A stretch of DNA of 60,720 nt, taken from positions 1-60,720 of the IMG/VR virus record IMGVR_UViG_3300009168_000011; one strand, 5' to 3'. This DNA comes from a virus. Lineage: Duplodnaviria; Caudoviricetes. Below, piece after piece: positions 30,679 through 39,759 of the stretch (position 1 is the stretch's first letter; every line of letters begins with the position of its first letter). Both the position numbers and the translations under genes were made by a program. The notes beneath the pieces are model-generated. The model was not told the DNA's origin. It did no database searches and worked only from the letters and a program-made list of their open reading frames with translations.

Positions 30679-30813
30679 ATGCCGTTGAAAAAGGGCAAGT
30701 CGAACAAGACCGTCGGCGACAACATCAAGGAGATGGTCAAGGCTGGCCATCCCCAGAAGCAGGCAGTCGCCGCAGCATTGAGGCAGGCCGGAAAATCGAA
30801 GAAGACGAAGTAG
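30679..30813 (+). CDS. 44-aa basic protein (not in ORF track)
   Basis: AGGAGG SD; [44 protein letters not shown]. Confidence 0.8.
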   Translation: MPLKKGKSNKTVGDNIKEMVKAGHPQKQAVAAALRQAGKSKKTK

Positions 30814-30830
30814 CCTTCCGGGTCGCCCCG

Positions 30831-31235
30831 ATGGGCCCCGGAGCATTGGGTCCTGCGGACCCGATGGTGACGCTTGATAGTCTCGACGATCAGGCGTTCA
30901 CCCAGCTGTGCTCCGACGACCCGCGTCAGGCCCGCGAACTGGTGCGCGGCCTCGCCCTCAAGATATCCCCCGACGCCCTGATGGTCATGTACCGCAAGCT
31001 GACCGCCAACGAGACCGCACCTGCCGAGGTGCTCAAGATGGCAGCGGAGATATTCTCCATCGCTGGCGTCAGGCAGGGGCCGCAGGCCGGGGACGGCACG
31101 GTCGAGCCGAAGTTCACAATTTCTATTAACCTAGGGCAGCAACCCCAGTCTATTCCGCCCATGATTGACATGAAGGTAGTACCCGCGCACGCCTATCCGG
31201 CGTTTGACGAAATAGTACTCGGAAAGGAAGAATGA
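30831..31235 (+). CDS. possible terminase small subunit
   Basis: Helical body with C-terminal FTISINLG strand; near TerL. Confidence 0.35.
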   Translation: MGPGALGPADPMVTLDSLDDQAFTQLCSDDPRQARELVRGLALKISPDALMVMYRKLTANETAPAEVLKMAAEIFSIAGVRQGPQAGDGTVEPKFTISINLGQQPQSIPPMIDMKVVPAHAYPAFDEIVLGKEE

Positions 31236-31534
31236 TCATGGGCAAAGACACACGCGCTGAGAGTGGTGGCGGACCTCCCTTGGGTGGCGGCGAGCCCGCC
31301 CCGCCGCTGGCGGAGGAGCCCCCCGTTGCATCGCCGCTGCTCAACCTGACCCCCATCGAACTCAGGGACGGTGAGTATGCCTTCATCGATGTGCGCTCGG
31401 TGATCGGCATCTACCCGCTGGACAGCGGCACGGTGACGGTGATCACGACCGGCGGCGCGTTCGACGTGTCCGGCACGCCCCAAGCCATCTACGACATGCT
31501 GGTGGCGGCAGCCTCGGTAGCCGAGGAACGCTAG
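31232..31534 (+). CDS. hypothetical protein
   Basis: ATGA overlap with upstream gene; AGGAAG SD. Confidence 0.65.
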   Translation: MIMGKDTRAESGGGPPLGGGEPAPPLAEEPPVASPLLNLTPIELRDGEYAFIDVRSVIGIYPLDSGTVTVITTGGAFDVSGTPQAIYDMLVAAASVAEER

Positions 31535-33033
31535 GTCCAGCCAGCAGCGGAGGCCAGTTCCACTGGCTTCGCCGCGACCTGCGCCTTCGACCCGAACACC
31601 GCCCCGCCCGAAGCGTTGACGGCTGCGTACTGCAGCGCCTCGCAGACGTGGCTCCACTGGTTCTTCTCGGGCAGCACGCTGGTCTCGCCAACCTTGTTGA
31701 TCTTGTAGCGGTAGCGCCCGGCCAGCCCGGCGATCAGCACCACGCAGCTGGGGTCGATCAGCAGCGCCGCCTTCTGGTCGATCTGCCGGGCGAGGAAGTA
31801 GTCGACCGCCGACACACGCCCGACGATGGCGTTGGTGAAGGCCGGGCGGGTGCGGTAGCCAGCGCCGATGAAGATGTCGACCACCGACCGCTCGTCAGTC
31901 TCCGCTCGCTTCGTCGCCGCCGGATCGGTGATCACGATCACCGGGCAGCCGTTGAACCTCGGCGTCGCCAGCAGCGGGCGGAGGTGTTCGTTGATCATGC
32001 GCAGTGCGCCGCTGTCCCGAGTGGTGATCTCTGCATGGGTGATGAGGCGATGGCCGGGGTGTAGCTGGTTGATGGTGCATGCCGGTGTCAGTCCTGCGTC
32101 AACGCCGATGATCAGCGGATAGGCCGGGTCACGGATAACCTCTGTCGTCGACTTGGCTACGTGGAAGTCGCGCCGGAAGCCGGGCCATACCGGCTTGCCG
32201 GAGAGGGTGCGACCGAACTTGTTGTGGATGTAGATATCGATCCACTCCTGAGACTTACCCTCCATCAGGTTCTCGTAATAATTCGCCGGGAGGTACTGCC
32301 TCCAGTCCGCCTCGGGGCTCAGGCCCGACGGCTGGATGAACACGTCCATGTTGCCGGGCGGCTCGCTCAGTATCCCCTCCCAGTAAGAGCCCTCGTCGGG
32401 CGGGTTGGTCGAGCCGAACACCTGCCCGAGTTCCCGGCCAAGTTCGTCGACGCATCCGGATATCGGCTCGCCGCGCACGTTCACTCCCCACTCGGGGCGG
32501 TGCGGCACCAGCATCGCGTCGGGGTAGCGGCCAACGCGTCCCTGCAGGGCCTCGAACACCGAGCGGTCGATCTCCCTGAACTCGTCCATGAAGGCGAACG
32601 ACAGCTGCAGGGACAACAGGCGGCGAACGTCGGCGGCATCGTCCAGCCCGCGAAACAGGACCGCGACCTCGACCGGTATCCCGTCGTTGCCCATGTAGTT
32701 AAGCTCGAACCGCTTCTCGGTCCTCCACCAAGTCCCTGCTGTTCCATCCGGGAATTGGCGGAGCCAGTCGGGGATGGTCGCATCCGCGAGCATCGCGGCG
32801 GTGTTGCGGACTATGGCGCAGCGCGCTTGTCTTACGCCGTGCACGGATGGCGTCACCAACGAGGCCAGCAGCGGGACCTTCATCAGTGACGCCAAGGTCT
32901 TGCCCGACCCGAGGGGACCGACCTGCAGGTCGACGAACTTGCGCGACAGCAGGTAGGGTTCGAGCGAACCCACTGGCGTGTAGTTGATCCCCGTGGTTTT
33001 GGGGGGCAGGGGCGGCTGCGGGGCGGTGGCCAT
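31531..33033 (-). CDS. terL: terminase large subunit
   Basis: GPLGSGKT Walker A, FAFMDE Walker B, STNPP, IIGVDAGLTPA, SHVCEALQY. Confidence 0.92.
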   Translation of the reverse strand: MATAPQPPLPPKTTGINYTPVGSLEPYLLSRKFVDLQVGPLGSGKTLASLMKVPLLASLVTPSVHGVRQARCAIVRNTAAMLADATIPDWLRQFPDGTAGTWWRTEKRFELNYMGNDGIPVEVAVLFRGLDDAADVRRLLSLQLSFAFMDEFREIDRSVFEALQGRVGRYPDAMLVPHRPEWGVNVRGEPISGCVDELGRELGQVFGSTNPPDEGSYWEGILSEPPGNMDVFIQPSGLSPEADWRQYLPANYYENLMEGKSQEWIDIYIHNKFGRTLSGKPVWPGFRRDFHVAKSTTEVIRDPAYPLIIGVDAGLTPACTINQLHPGHRLITHAEITTRDSGALRMINEHLRPLLATPRFNGCPVIVITDPAATKRAETDERSVVDIFIGAGYRTRPAFTNAIVGRVSAVDYFLARQIDQKAALLIDPSCVVLIAGLAGRYRYKINKVGETSVLPEKNQWSHVCEALQYAAVNASGGAVFGSKAQVAAKPVELASAAGWT

Positions 33034-33034
33034 G

Positions 33035-35353
33035 CTACTGCCTAGGCGGCGAGAAGTTGTCCGTGATCGGAGCCTCGCTCCCCATCAGCGACTGGCCTGA
33101 CGGGCTCGGCCCGCCGGGACTGACTGGAGTAGGCGGCACCGGTCCCGCCTGCGGAGCCATCTGGCCGGTCGCCTGCGCCGCCATCGCGTCCTGTGCCAAC
33201 CGCATGCGGATAACATCCAAGGGGGGCACGACGCTATCGGTGTCGATGTCGAGCGCCTTGGCGCTTTCCCTCAGGAGCGCTGCGCGACCCTCGACCCCGA
33301 CGATCTGCATGTCGACCGGGTTGGCGGTGGCGGCGAGGAACTCGGTGCGGCGAAGCTGGGCGCTCTCCTTGGCAACCAGTGACGAGGCTCCACGGGCGAT
33401 CACCTGCACGTCGCCCTTTAGCGCGGGGTCGAGTGCATAGCGCATGTTGTACTGGTAGAGCCTCTCAAGCAGGGGGCCCAGTACGTTGCTGTCGATCCCC
33501 GCGACCACCTGCTTGATCACCCGGCTGGCGTTGTTCATCAGCATGCTGAGACCGCTCGCTGTGCGACCGGCCCCGCCTGCGTCGCCGACGAGATATTTGG
33601 GCAGGCCCGAATACTCGTCGGCGAGGTTGGAGAAGAACTCGAACACCCGCATCAGTTCGTTGACGCGGCTGTCGGGCTGGAAGAACTCCATCGGTTTCTG
33701 GTTGGTCCCGAACGGGTCGGTGGTGACCTGCCAGATGCGCCACGGGATGAGGCTGGTGATGTTCTCGCCTGACGCAAGGCGGTCGGTGTTGATGACGACC
33801 TGCGGCCCGGATGCTATGGAGGCTTTGTTGACCACTGCCCGAGCGAGGGCATTGGTGATTGACTGGGAGGGTGCAACCAAGTCATGGACCGAACGTCCCC
33901 AGAAGCTGTCCGGCACGTCCTCGTACGAAGCCCGATAGTAGGGGCGGCGATAGAGTGGGTCGCCGTTGAGCACCGCCTTGATCACGTATGTCCCGATGAT
34001 CCAGACCTCCGCCTCGTACTCCTTGGCTACGTCCGGGACCTCACCTTCGGACAGGCCGAAATCGCGAAGCATCTGCCCCGACACGCAGCCAAAAAACTGT
34101 AGCGCGTCGATCCGGGTATCGGCAGGAGCGTTGCCCTCGCGCCCGCCGTGGGTGCCGGTGGCGACCCCCGGCAGTCCCTTGGCGCTGGCAATGGGCGAGG
34201 CAGCGTAGCTGGTCCAGTCCGACAGGCCGCCGCGACCGTGGTCTTCGAGGACCAGCTTGATCGCGCCGTTGTCGTAGCCCGGCACATCCAAGAGTTCGGT
34301 CAAGTGCCGTCTGGAAAGACGGTGCTTCTCAATGATGTAGCCGTCGTTGGGGTGCTTGGCTCCGGGTGACGGCCAGACCATGGAAGGATCGACCCGCTCG
34401 AACTCAACGACCAGCTGGACCTCGACAGTTGGGGCTCCGGGGGTCGGACCGGAGGAGGTCGCTTGGCTGGCTTGGGCGGGGCCGGACGGGGAGCCGATGT
34501 CGTTGGCGGCAACGGCGGGGAGTTGCTGCGGCTTGTAGGTCAGCTTCGGTTTGCGGCGCAGGACGGGGCCCTTCAGTATGGCTGCCGGGTAGATGGTGAT
34601 GTCGTCGATGAAGGCGGCGACCGCCTCCAGCCAGCCGCCGTCGAGTAGCTGGTCCTCCATCTTGTCGGCCATCTTGCCAGCGGCATCGCGGGCGAACGCC
34701 TTGACCCTCGCGTCCTTCAGTTCGCGGAGGGTCTTGATCAGGGACTGCTCCTGATCGGGGTTAAGCGGGGTGCCCGCGATCATGGCGTCGCGGATCACCC
34801 CAGCTGCTTGGATGATGGCCTGCTCGTCCGCTTCAGGGGGGACGTCCGGAACGGGCGATGGGGCCAAGGTCCAAGGTCGGTCGACGCCAGTGGCCAAGAG
34901 GATGTCGCGCAGCCAGCTGGAGGCGGCACGGCATTTGACACTGGTCAGGTTCATGTAGACTTCAGAGCCGCCCATCTTCCTGATCTCGGAGAGCTTGCTC
35001 TGGGAGTATACCCCTCGTCGAGCCAAGAGGGCCGAGGCCATCCGGTCGTCAATGCCTTGGCTTGATCGGGCTGAGTAGGCGGCTGTGAAAGCAGATCGGA
35101 CGTGCGCGGCAAGGCTGGAGATGAACGGCTGGGTCTGTCGAAGCTGGGCGGCACGGCGGGCCTCCTCTGCTAGAGTTGCACCTAGGGATTTCGCAGTCAC
35201 CAGCCCATTGCTGATGACGACGGTGGAGCGGGGAGTGATCGCGGCAGGGACTTCGATTGGAAGTCCCGTAGGGGACAGGCCACGCTCACGATTGGCCGGG
35301 TCATTGGTACGACCGGGGGGCGTGAATGGCGGGCGGACTGGGGTTGACGCCAT
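33035..35353 (-). CDS. portal protein
   Basis: 772 aa; SFWGRSV.DL, ASGPQV, RTASGLSMLM, KGDVQVIARGA. Confidence 0.85.
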   Translation of the reverse strand: MASTPVRPPFTPPGRTNDPANRERGLSPTGLPIEVPAAITPRSTVVISNGLVTAKSLGATLAEEARRAAQLRQTQPFISSLAAHVRSAFTAAYSARSSQGIDDRMASALLARRGVYSQSKLSEIRKMGGSEVYMNLTSVKCRAASSWLRDILLATGVDRPWTLAPSPVPDVPPEADEQAIIQAAGVIRDAMIAGTPLNPDQEQSLIKTLRELKDARVKAFARDAAGKMADKMEDQLLDGGWLEAVAAFIDDITIYPAAILKGPVLRRKPKLTYKPQQLPAVAANDIGSPSGPAQASQATSSGPTPGAPTVEVQLVVEFERVDPSMVWPSPGAKHPNDGYIIEKHRLSRRHLTELLDVPGYDNGAIKLVLEDHGRGGLSDWTSYAASPIASAKGLPGVATGTHGGREGNAPADTRIDALQFFGCVSGQMLRDFGLSEGEVPDVAKEYEAEVWIIGTYVIKAVLNGDPLYRRPYYRASYEDVPDSFWGRSVHDLVAPSQSITNALARAVVNKASIASGPQVVINTDRLASGENITSLIPWRIWQVTTDPFGTNQKPMEFFQPDSRVNELMRVFEFFSNLADEYSGLPKYLVGDAGGAGRTASGLSMLMNNASRVIKQVVAGIDSNVLGPLLERLYQYNMRYALDPALKGDVQVIARGASSLVAKESAQLRRTEFLAATANPVDMQIVGVEGRAALLRESAKALDIDTDSVVPPLDVIRMRLAQDAMAAQATGQMAPQAGPVPPTPVSPGGPSPSGQSLMGSEAPITDNFSPPRQ

Positions 35354-35531
35354 GGCAGTGGTTTACCACCACATGAGGCAGACGGATAGGGGTCAGGCGG
35401 CCTCGGTAGAAGTACTGAGTTTCTGGCGATATAGGACATACTGACATGCGTGATGATATGGATACGGGTCCTGACCCGATCTTGGTTTGGGGGTGGATAG
35501 CCTTGGTGGTGCTCGGGGCAGCCCTGCTGAT

Positions 35532-35849
35532 CTACAACGTGGCCAGATAGTGGTCGGAGTTTTCCTTCTGCGTCACGTAGGCGAGGTTCGACAGCCGGTT
35601 GTTGGTCTTGTCGAAGTCGTCGTGGTTAGTTTCCATACCCGGCAGCCGGGGCCCGACGAACGCACGTAGCACGAGGTGGTGGACGAAGTAGCGATAACGC
35701 ACGCCGTCGATGACCACCCTGACACGCAGATACCCCTTTATGTTGGGGTCCGCCCGGAGCGGAAAGGCGAACATCTTCACCCCCGAGCACACCTCGCCCT
35801 CGTCGGAAACAAGGAGGGGAAGACCCGGAACGACGCGCCAGTTGGCCAT
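35532..35849 (-). CDS. HNH endonuclease
   Basis: WRVVPG..VSDEG; VHHLVLRAFVG...NHDDFDKTNNRLSNL. Confidence 0.85.
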   Translation of the reverse strand: MANWRVVPGLPLLVSDEGEVCSGVKMFAFPLRADPNIKGYLRVRVVIDGVRYRYFVHHLVLRAFVGPRLPGMETNHDDFDKTNNRLSNLAYVTQKENSDHYLATL

Positions 35850-35855
35850 GGGACC

Positions 35856-35884
35856 GGCGTAGTGTGTCAGTGTGTAGCGGTCAA
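35856..35884 (-). promoter_or_regulatory. promoter giving a probably leaderless HNH mRNA
   Basis: TTGACC-N17-TACGCC-N6-ATG. Confidence 0.4.
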
Positions 35885-36065
35885 GTGTCACCATGGTTAC
35901 AGTCGGTTTGAAAATGGTGCGTGCATTAAGCGGCTGGGGTATGTCTCTGCGTGGGCCGGGGCCATGGTCCCATACCCCTCCCCCCACCCCCCTGCCCTAG
36001 TCCCCTAGCGCCTTCGCCCATCCCCTTGGCCATGTCCGGGCGGGCACCTGCTATCCCTTTGATAT

Positions 36066-36086
36066 CATTTGGTTTTTAATCAAATG
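36066..36086 (-). promoter_or_regulatory. 21-bp dispersed motif, copy 2
   Basis: Reverse complement reads CATTTGATTAAAAACCAAATG. Confidence 0.8.
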
Positions 36087-36103
36087 CCCTAAACGCTAGG
36101 CAC

Positions 36104-36137
36104 AAAAAAACCCGCCATGGCCTAGGCCATGGCGGGT
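36104..36137 (-). terminator. Rho-independent terminator
   Basis: Perfect palindrome ACCCGCCATGGCCTAGGCCATGGCGGGT followed by a T run on the minus strand. Confidence 0.88.
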
Positions 36138-36159
36138 GAGGTATCAGGTGAGGGAAGCG

Positions 36160-36918
36160 CTACGCCTTGGGCGGTGCCTGCAGCCAAGCAATCAGCGCCG
36201 CCTTGCGGGAGGTAAGCGCCCGGAGCAACAGGTCCCCGTTTTTCGCGTTCCCCATCAGCATCGCGGCGGCATCCTCCCGCGCCTTCTTGGTGTCAATGGC
36301 GGGCGGCACCGGCGGCGCGGCATCGGCGCTAGCGGGCTTGCCAGCCACCTGAGGCGCTACTGGAGCGGCGGGAGGTGCAATCGGTGCCGGTGCCTTCGCG
36401 GCGGCCTCTGCAGCCACTGCAGCGGCCTTGGCGGCGGCCTCCGCCTTCTGCGCGTCGGTGCGATTGTCGCCGCCGCTCCCGGCCTTGATGACAGAGAGAC
36501 CGGCCTTGCGTTGCGCCTCCCGGAGCAATTCAAGGTAAGCCGTGTCACTGAGCGGCTTTTCCGCGCCGCTCTTTTTCAGAACAGCGGCGCGCGTCGGGAT
36601 TGCCTTGCCAGCCGCCTGCAGGTTAGCGGCGCGCAGCATCACCTGCCCAGCGTTGCCAGTGACATAGCCCAGCACCGCCTTGCAATGGTTCATCAGCGCT
36701 CCCTCATAGGCATCGCAGAAGGCGGTATAGCCGAGCGGCTCGACGTGGGCCGCCGCAATCGCCGCGCCGAACGCCTTGCCAATCTCGACGTTGAGAGTGA
36801 CAATCTTTTCCTGAGCGCCCTTCGCCTTCTGCAGGAAAGGATCGGTTGCGGCGAGCGCCACCGGCAACAGGGCTTCGACGTTGGCGGGAACGGCGGGAGC
36901 TTCAAACGATAGTGTCAT
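36160..36918 (-). CDS. Ala-rich hypothetical protein, monocistronic
   Basis: AAGGA SD before ATG 36918; own promoter and terminator. Confidence 0.75.
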   Translation of the reverse strand: MTLSFEAPAVPANVEALLPVALAATDPFLQKAKGAQEKIVTLNVEIGKAFGAAIAAAHVEPLGYTAFCDAYEGALMNHCKAVLGYVTGNAGQVMLRAANLQAAGKAIPTRAAVLKKSGAEKPLSDTAYLELLREAQRKAGLSVIKAGSGGDNRTDAQKAEAAAKAAAVAAEAAAKAPAPIAPPAAPVAPQVAGKPASADAAPPVPPAIDTKKAREDAAAMLMGNAKNGDLLLRALTSRKAALIAWLQAPPKA

Positions 36919-36970
36919 GGTGGTTTCCTTCGGTACTAGAGACGTCGGCGTCATCCTGCCGACCCCATGC

Positions 36971-36999
36971 AGTATAAAGAGTGACACACTGACAGTCCA
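36971..36999 (-). promoter_or_regulatory. sigma70-type promoter
   Basis: TGGACT-N17-TATACT with AT-rich upstream sequence. Confidence 0.6.
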
Positions 37000-37014
37000 G
37001 ACAAACCGTCTATT

Positions 37015-37035
37015 TATTTGATTAAAAATCAAATG
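37015..37035 (+). promoter_or_regulatory. 21-bp dispersed motif, copy 3
   Basis: TATTTGATTAAAAATCAAATG. Confidence 0.8.
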
Positions 37036-37116
37036 GAGGCTGTGTGTCAGGAGATGATATACTGACACACATGACAACCGTTCGCCGAGCGGGGGGCGCG
37101 CGTGCGCGCGGCACGC

Positions 37117-37180
37117 ACTTGGTACTTGGTACTTGGTATGGCGCTTGGCATGCGGGGATTTCGGCGCATACTTGGTATGG
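37117..37180. repeat. ACTTGGT heptamer repeats
   Basis: Three tandem copies at 37117-37137 and another at 37170. Confidence 0.75.
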
Positions 37181-37483
37181 CTGGTGGTTTCTGACATGCA
37201 CATTTGAGGGGGTATACTAGCGGGGTGCCTTGTGGCTTTCAGCACATAAATCTGGCTGTTTTCTCTAGTTTCTTTCTTATATTTATATCAATATATACAT
37301 CTACAATAGAACAATGAGTTTTAACACATACGACGCGCGCGAGACTTTGACTGCTTGGGATGCAAATCGACCGCAAAAAACGTAATAATAAAGCCTCTAT
37401 TAAAACTCGCTGTTGTATTGTACAAGGCCAAAACTCGGCATCCTCCGCAGTTTCCCGCCACGCGATCCACAATGGAGACCAAT

Positions 37484-38473
37484 ATGATACCCGGCCCAAA
37501 ACCGTCCATTTTGCTCAATCCGAGCGACTTCCCCGTCCCCGCCAACTGTTTTTACCCCTGTTTCTGCCCCTCATGCCGCCCGCGCGTGCGGCGCACGCGT
37601 GCCCTTTTGCAGCCCCTCGAAGCCTTTTTAACGCCCCGAATTGGTGCGCCGATAGCGAACGCGACCAACCGCAATAGCAGCGATGGGCTCTTGGAATTGT
37701 ACACGCCCCTGCTGTGCCGCAAACACTCGGGAGGGCGGCAAACAGTGAAACTGTATGCCGAGCCGTCCTTCATCATCCGACGCCGGAGGGTACTTGCCTT
37801 CCTCTACCGCTGTATGACCACGCCGCAGGATGTCGAAGATTACATCCGCCTCATCCCGTCCCGTACGTGGCTGCCGGTGCCTCCGGACAACTTCGACGGC
37901 CACGACCTCGACGCGCCCCTGATCCGCAATATCCGCAAGGCGCTGACCGACGCCGGGATGATGCTCGACGTGCCGCTGTTCGGCAACCGCCTCAACGCGC
38001 CGTTGATTACCTCTGCCGCGTTCGTTGCCGACAAGCTCGACGACCTCGCCAACCTCATTACGCCATCTGCCGCTGTCCTGCTGGTCAGCCAGTGGGCCGC
38101 CCTCTGCGCCAAGGACGGCGCGGTGGACGACCCCAACGAGACCGTCCGTACCATCGCCAAGCGCGTCGCGTTCGAGCCAGACCCGCGTGATGTCTGGCCG
38201 TGGGTGCCCCGCTGGGGTCCGGCGCAGATCGGGCCCGAAGATACCGTCAACACCCGTCCCGGCCTCGTCGTCCCGAGAGAGCTTCGCCGCTGGTGGAACT
38301 TCAACGTAACGATGCTCCGGCCCGATGCCTTCGCCTACGAACGCGATCCCGACGCCTTGTCCCGCCGCGAACAGCTGCGGGATCAGCTGTACATGATGCC
38401 GACCTCGACCACGCAGCAGTCCGCTGCGCCGCGCGTGGTAGCCTCGGTAAATCCACCGCCACTGGCACCATGA
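37484..38473 (+). CDS. hypothetical protein with N-terminal Cys cluster
   Basis: GGAG SD before ATG 37484; CFYPCFCPSC. Confidence 0.65.
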   Translation: MIPGPKPSILLNPSDFPVPANCFYPCFCPSCRPRVRRTRALLQPLEAFLTPRIGAPIANATNRNSSDGLLELYTPLLCRKHSGGRQTVKLYAEPSFIIRRRRVLAFLYRCMTTPQDVEDYIRLIPSRTWLPVPPDNFDGHDLDAPLIRNIRKALTDAGMMLDVPLFGNRLNAPLITSAAFVADKLDDLANLITPSAAVLLVSQWAALCAKDGAVDDPNETVRTIAKRVAFEPDPRDVWPWVPRWGPAQIGPEDTVNTRPGLVVPRELRRWWNFNVTMLRPDAFAYERDPDALSRREQLRDQLYMMPTSTTQQSAAPRVVASVNPPPLAP

Positions 38474-38489
38474 GACCCATATTTAGTCC

Positions 38490-38518
38490 TTGACACGCCT
38501 GACACATTAGTCTATGCT
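38490..38518 (+). promoter_or_regulatory. sigma70-type early promoter
   Basis: TTGACA-N17-TATGCT. Confidence 0.75.
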
Positions 38519-38565
38519 TCTGACTGGCTTGGAGTTCGTCCAAGCCAGCCGGGGGCAGCCCCGGT

Positions 38566-38586
38566 CACTTGATTAAAAAGCAAATG
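38566..38586 (+). promoter_or_regulatory. 21-bp dispersed motif, copy 4
   Basis: CACTTGATTAAAAAGCAAATG, after two GC-rich hairpins. Confidence 0.8.
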
Positions 38587-38602
38587 ACAAGGACCCGACC
38601 TA

Positions 38603-39622
38603 ATGCGCATTTCCGAAATCGAAGCCCTGCTTCCGACCCTGTTCCACGCCAACATTCCCGTCTACCTGCGCGGCGATCCCGGCGTCGGCAAGACCGAGAT
38701 GGCGATTGCCGCTGCCGTCGATATCGGCGCGGAGGTGATCTACTTCCACGCTCCCACGATGAACCCCGAGGACCTCGGCGTGCCCGACATGAGCGCCAAG
38801 GAACTGACCTTCAAGGTCAACTCCAGCATGCCGGTCTACGGCTCCAAGTGGGACAAGGCGGTCAACCCCGACGCGCCTGACCTGATCGCGGTGATCATCG
38901 ACGAACTGCCGCAGTCCGACCACGGCGTGCAGAAGTCGCTCGCCAACGTCATTCAGGCGAGGGAACTCTACGGCCACAAGATGCTGCCCAACGTCCGCTT
39001 CCTCTCGACCGGCAACCGGGCCGAGAACCGGGCCGGTGCGGGCAAGCTGCTCGGCCACTTCGCCAACCGCTGGTGCTTCCTCGACGTCGACTTCTTCATC
39101 GACGATTTCCTCGACTGGTCGCTCAAGCATCAGGTCCACCCGGTGCTGCGTGCCTTCGCCAAGTTCGATAGCAAGCAGATGAACGAGTACAAGGCCGACC
39201 GCGAGGTCAACCCGACCCCTCGTGCATGGGTCCAGCGCGTTGCGCCGCTGCTCGACGCCGGGCTCCCGGTCAACCTGCTCTACGAGGCCGTCAAGGGCTC
39301 CGTCGGCGAGGGCCCGGCGACCGTGTTCCAGTCGTTCGTGAAGATGGCCAGCCACTTGAACATCGACGCGCTCATGGCCGACCCCAAGGGCTACCCGATG
39401 CCGACCGAGAGCAGCATCCTGTACGTGCTCTCGACCACGCTGGCGATGAAGTCGACGACCAAGAACTTCGCCACCATCATGGAAATCTCGAAGCGCCTGC
39501 CGCCCGAGTTCTCGGTGCTTCTCGTCTTGGAGGCGTCCAAGGTCGAGCCGCGCATCATGTCCACCCCTGCCTATCAGGAGTGGGCGACCGGTCCGGGTGC
39601 CAAGGTGCTCGGCATCTCATGA
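38603..39622 (+). CDS. MoxR/CbbQ-type AAA+ ATPase
   Basis: GDPGVGKT, IIDEL, STGNR, FANRW, PTPRAW. Confidence 0.88.
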   Translation: MRISEIEALLPTLFHANIPVYLRGDPGVGKTEMAIAAAVDIGAEVIYFHAPTMNPEDLGVPDMSAKELTFKVNSSMPVYGSKWDKAVNPDAPDLIAVIIDELPQSDHGVQKSLANVIQARELYGHKMLPNVRFLSTGNRAENRAGAGKLLGHFANRWCFLDVDFFIDDFLDWSLKHQVHPVLRAFAKFDSKQMNEYKADREVNPTPRAWVQRVAPLLDAGLPVNLLYEAVKGSVGEGPATVFQSFVKMASHLNIDALMADPKGYPMPTESSILYVLSTTLAMKSTTKNFATIMEISKRLPPEFSVLLVLEASKVEPRIMSTPAYQEWATGPGAKVLGIS

Positions 39623-39699
39623 TCGAGGATGACGAGAGCACCGTCTACGCCATGATCTTCATGTGGCTGGTGATCGGCTTCCTGATCATCGCCAACTGA
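39619..39699 (+). CDS. 26-aa single-pass membrane peptide
   Basis: MIEDDESTVYAMIFMWLVIGFLIIAN; ATGA overlap. Confidence 0.55.
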   Translation: MIEDDESTVYAMIFMWLVIGFLIIAN

Positions 39700-39718
39700 T
39701 TTGCTTTTTAATCAAGTG
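39698..39718 (-). promoter_or_regulatory. 21-bp dispersed motif, copy 5
   Basis: Reverse complement reads CACTTGATTAAAAAGCAAATC. Confidence 0.8.
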
Positions 39719-39759
39719 GGGCGGCGATCCTGCCGCCCCACAAAACCAAGGAAAACAAC

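Noticed and set aside
36919-37245. N-terminal extension of ORF 36160-37245
   Set aside because: It overlaps a promoter and repeats; the SD supports a start at 36918.
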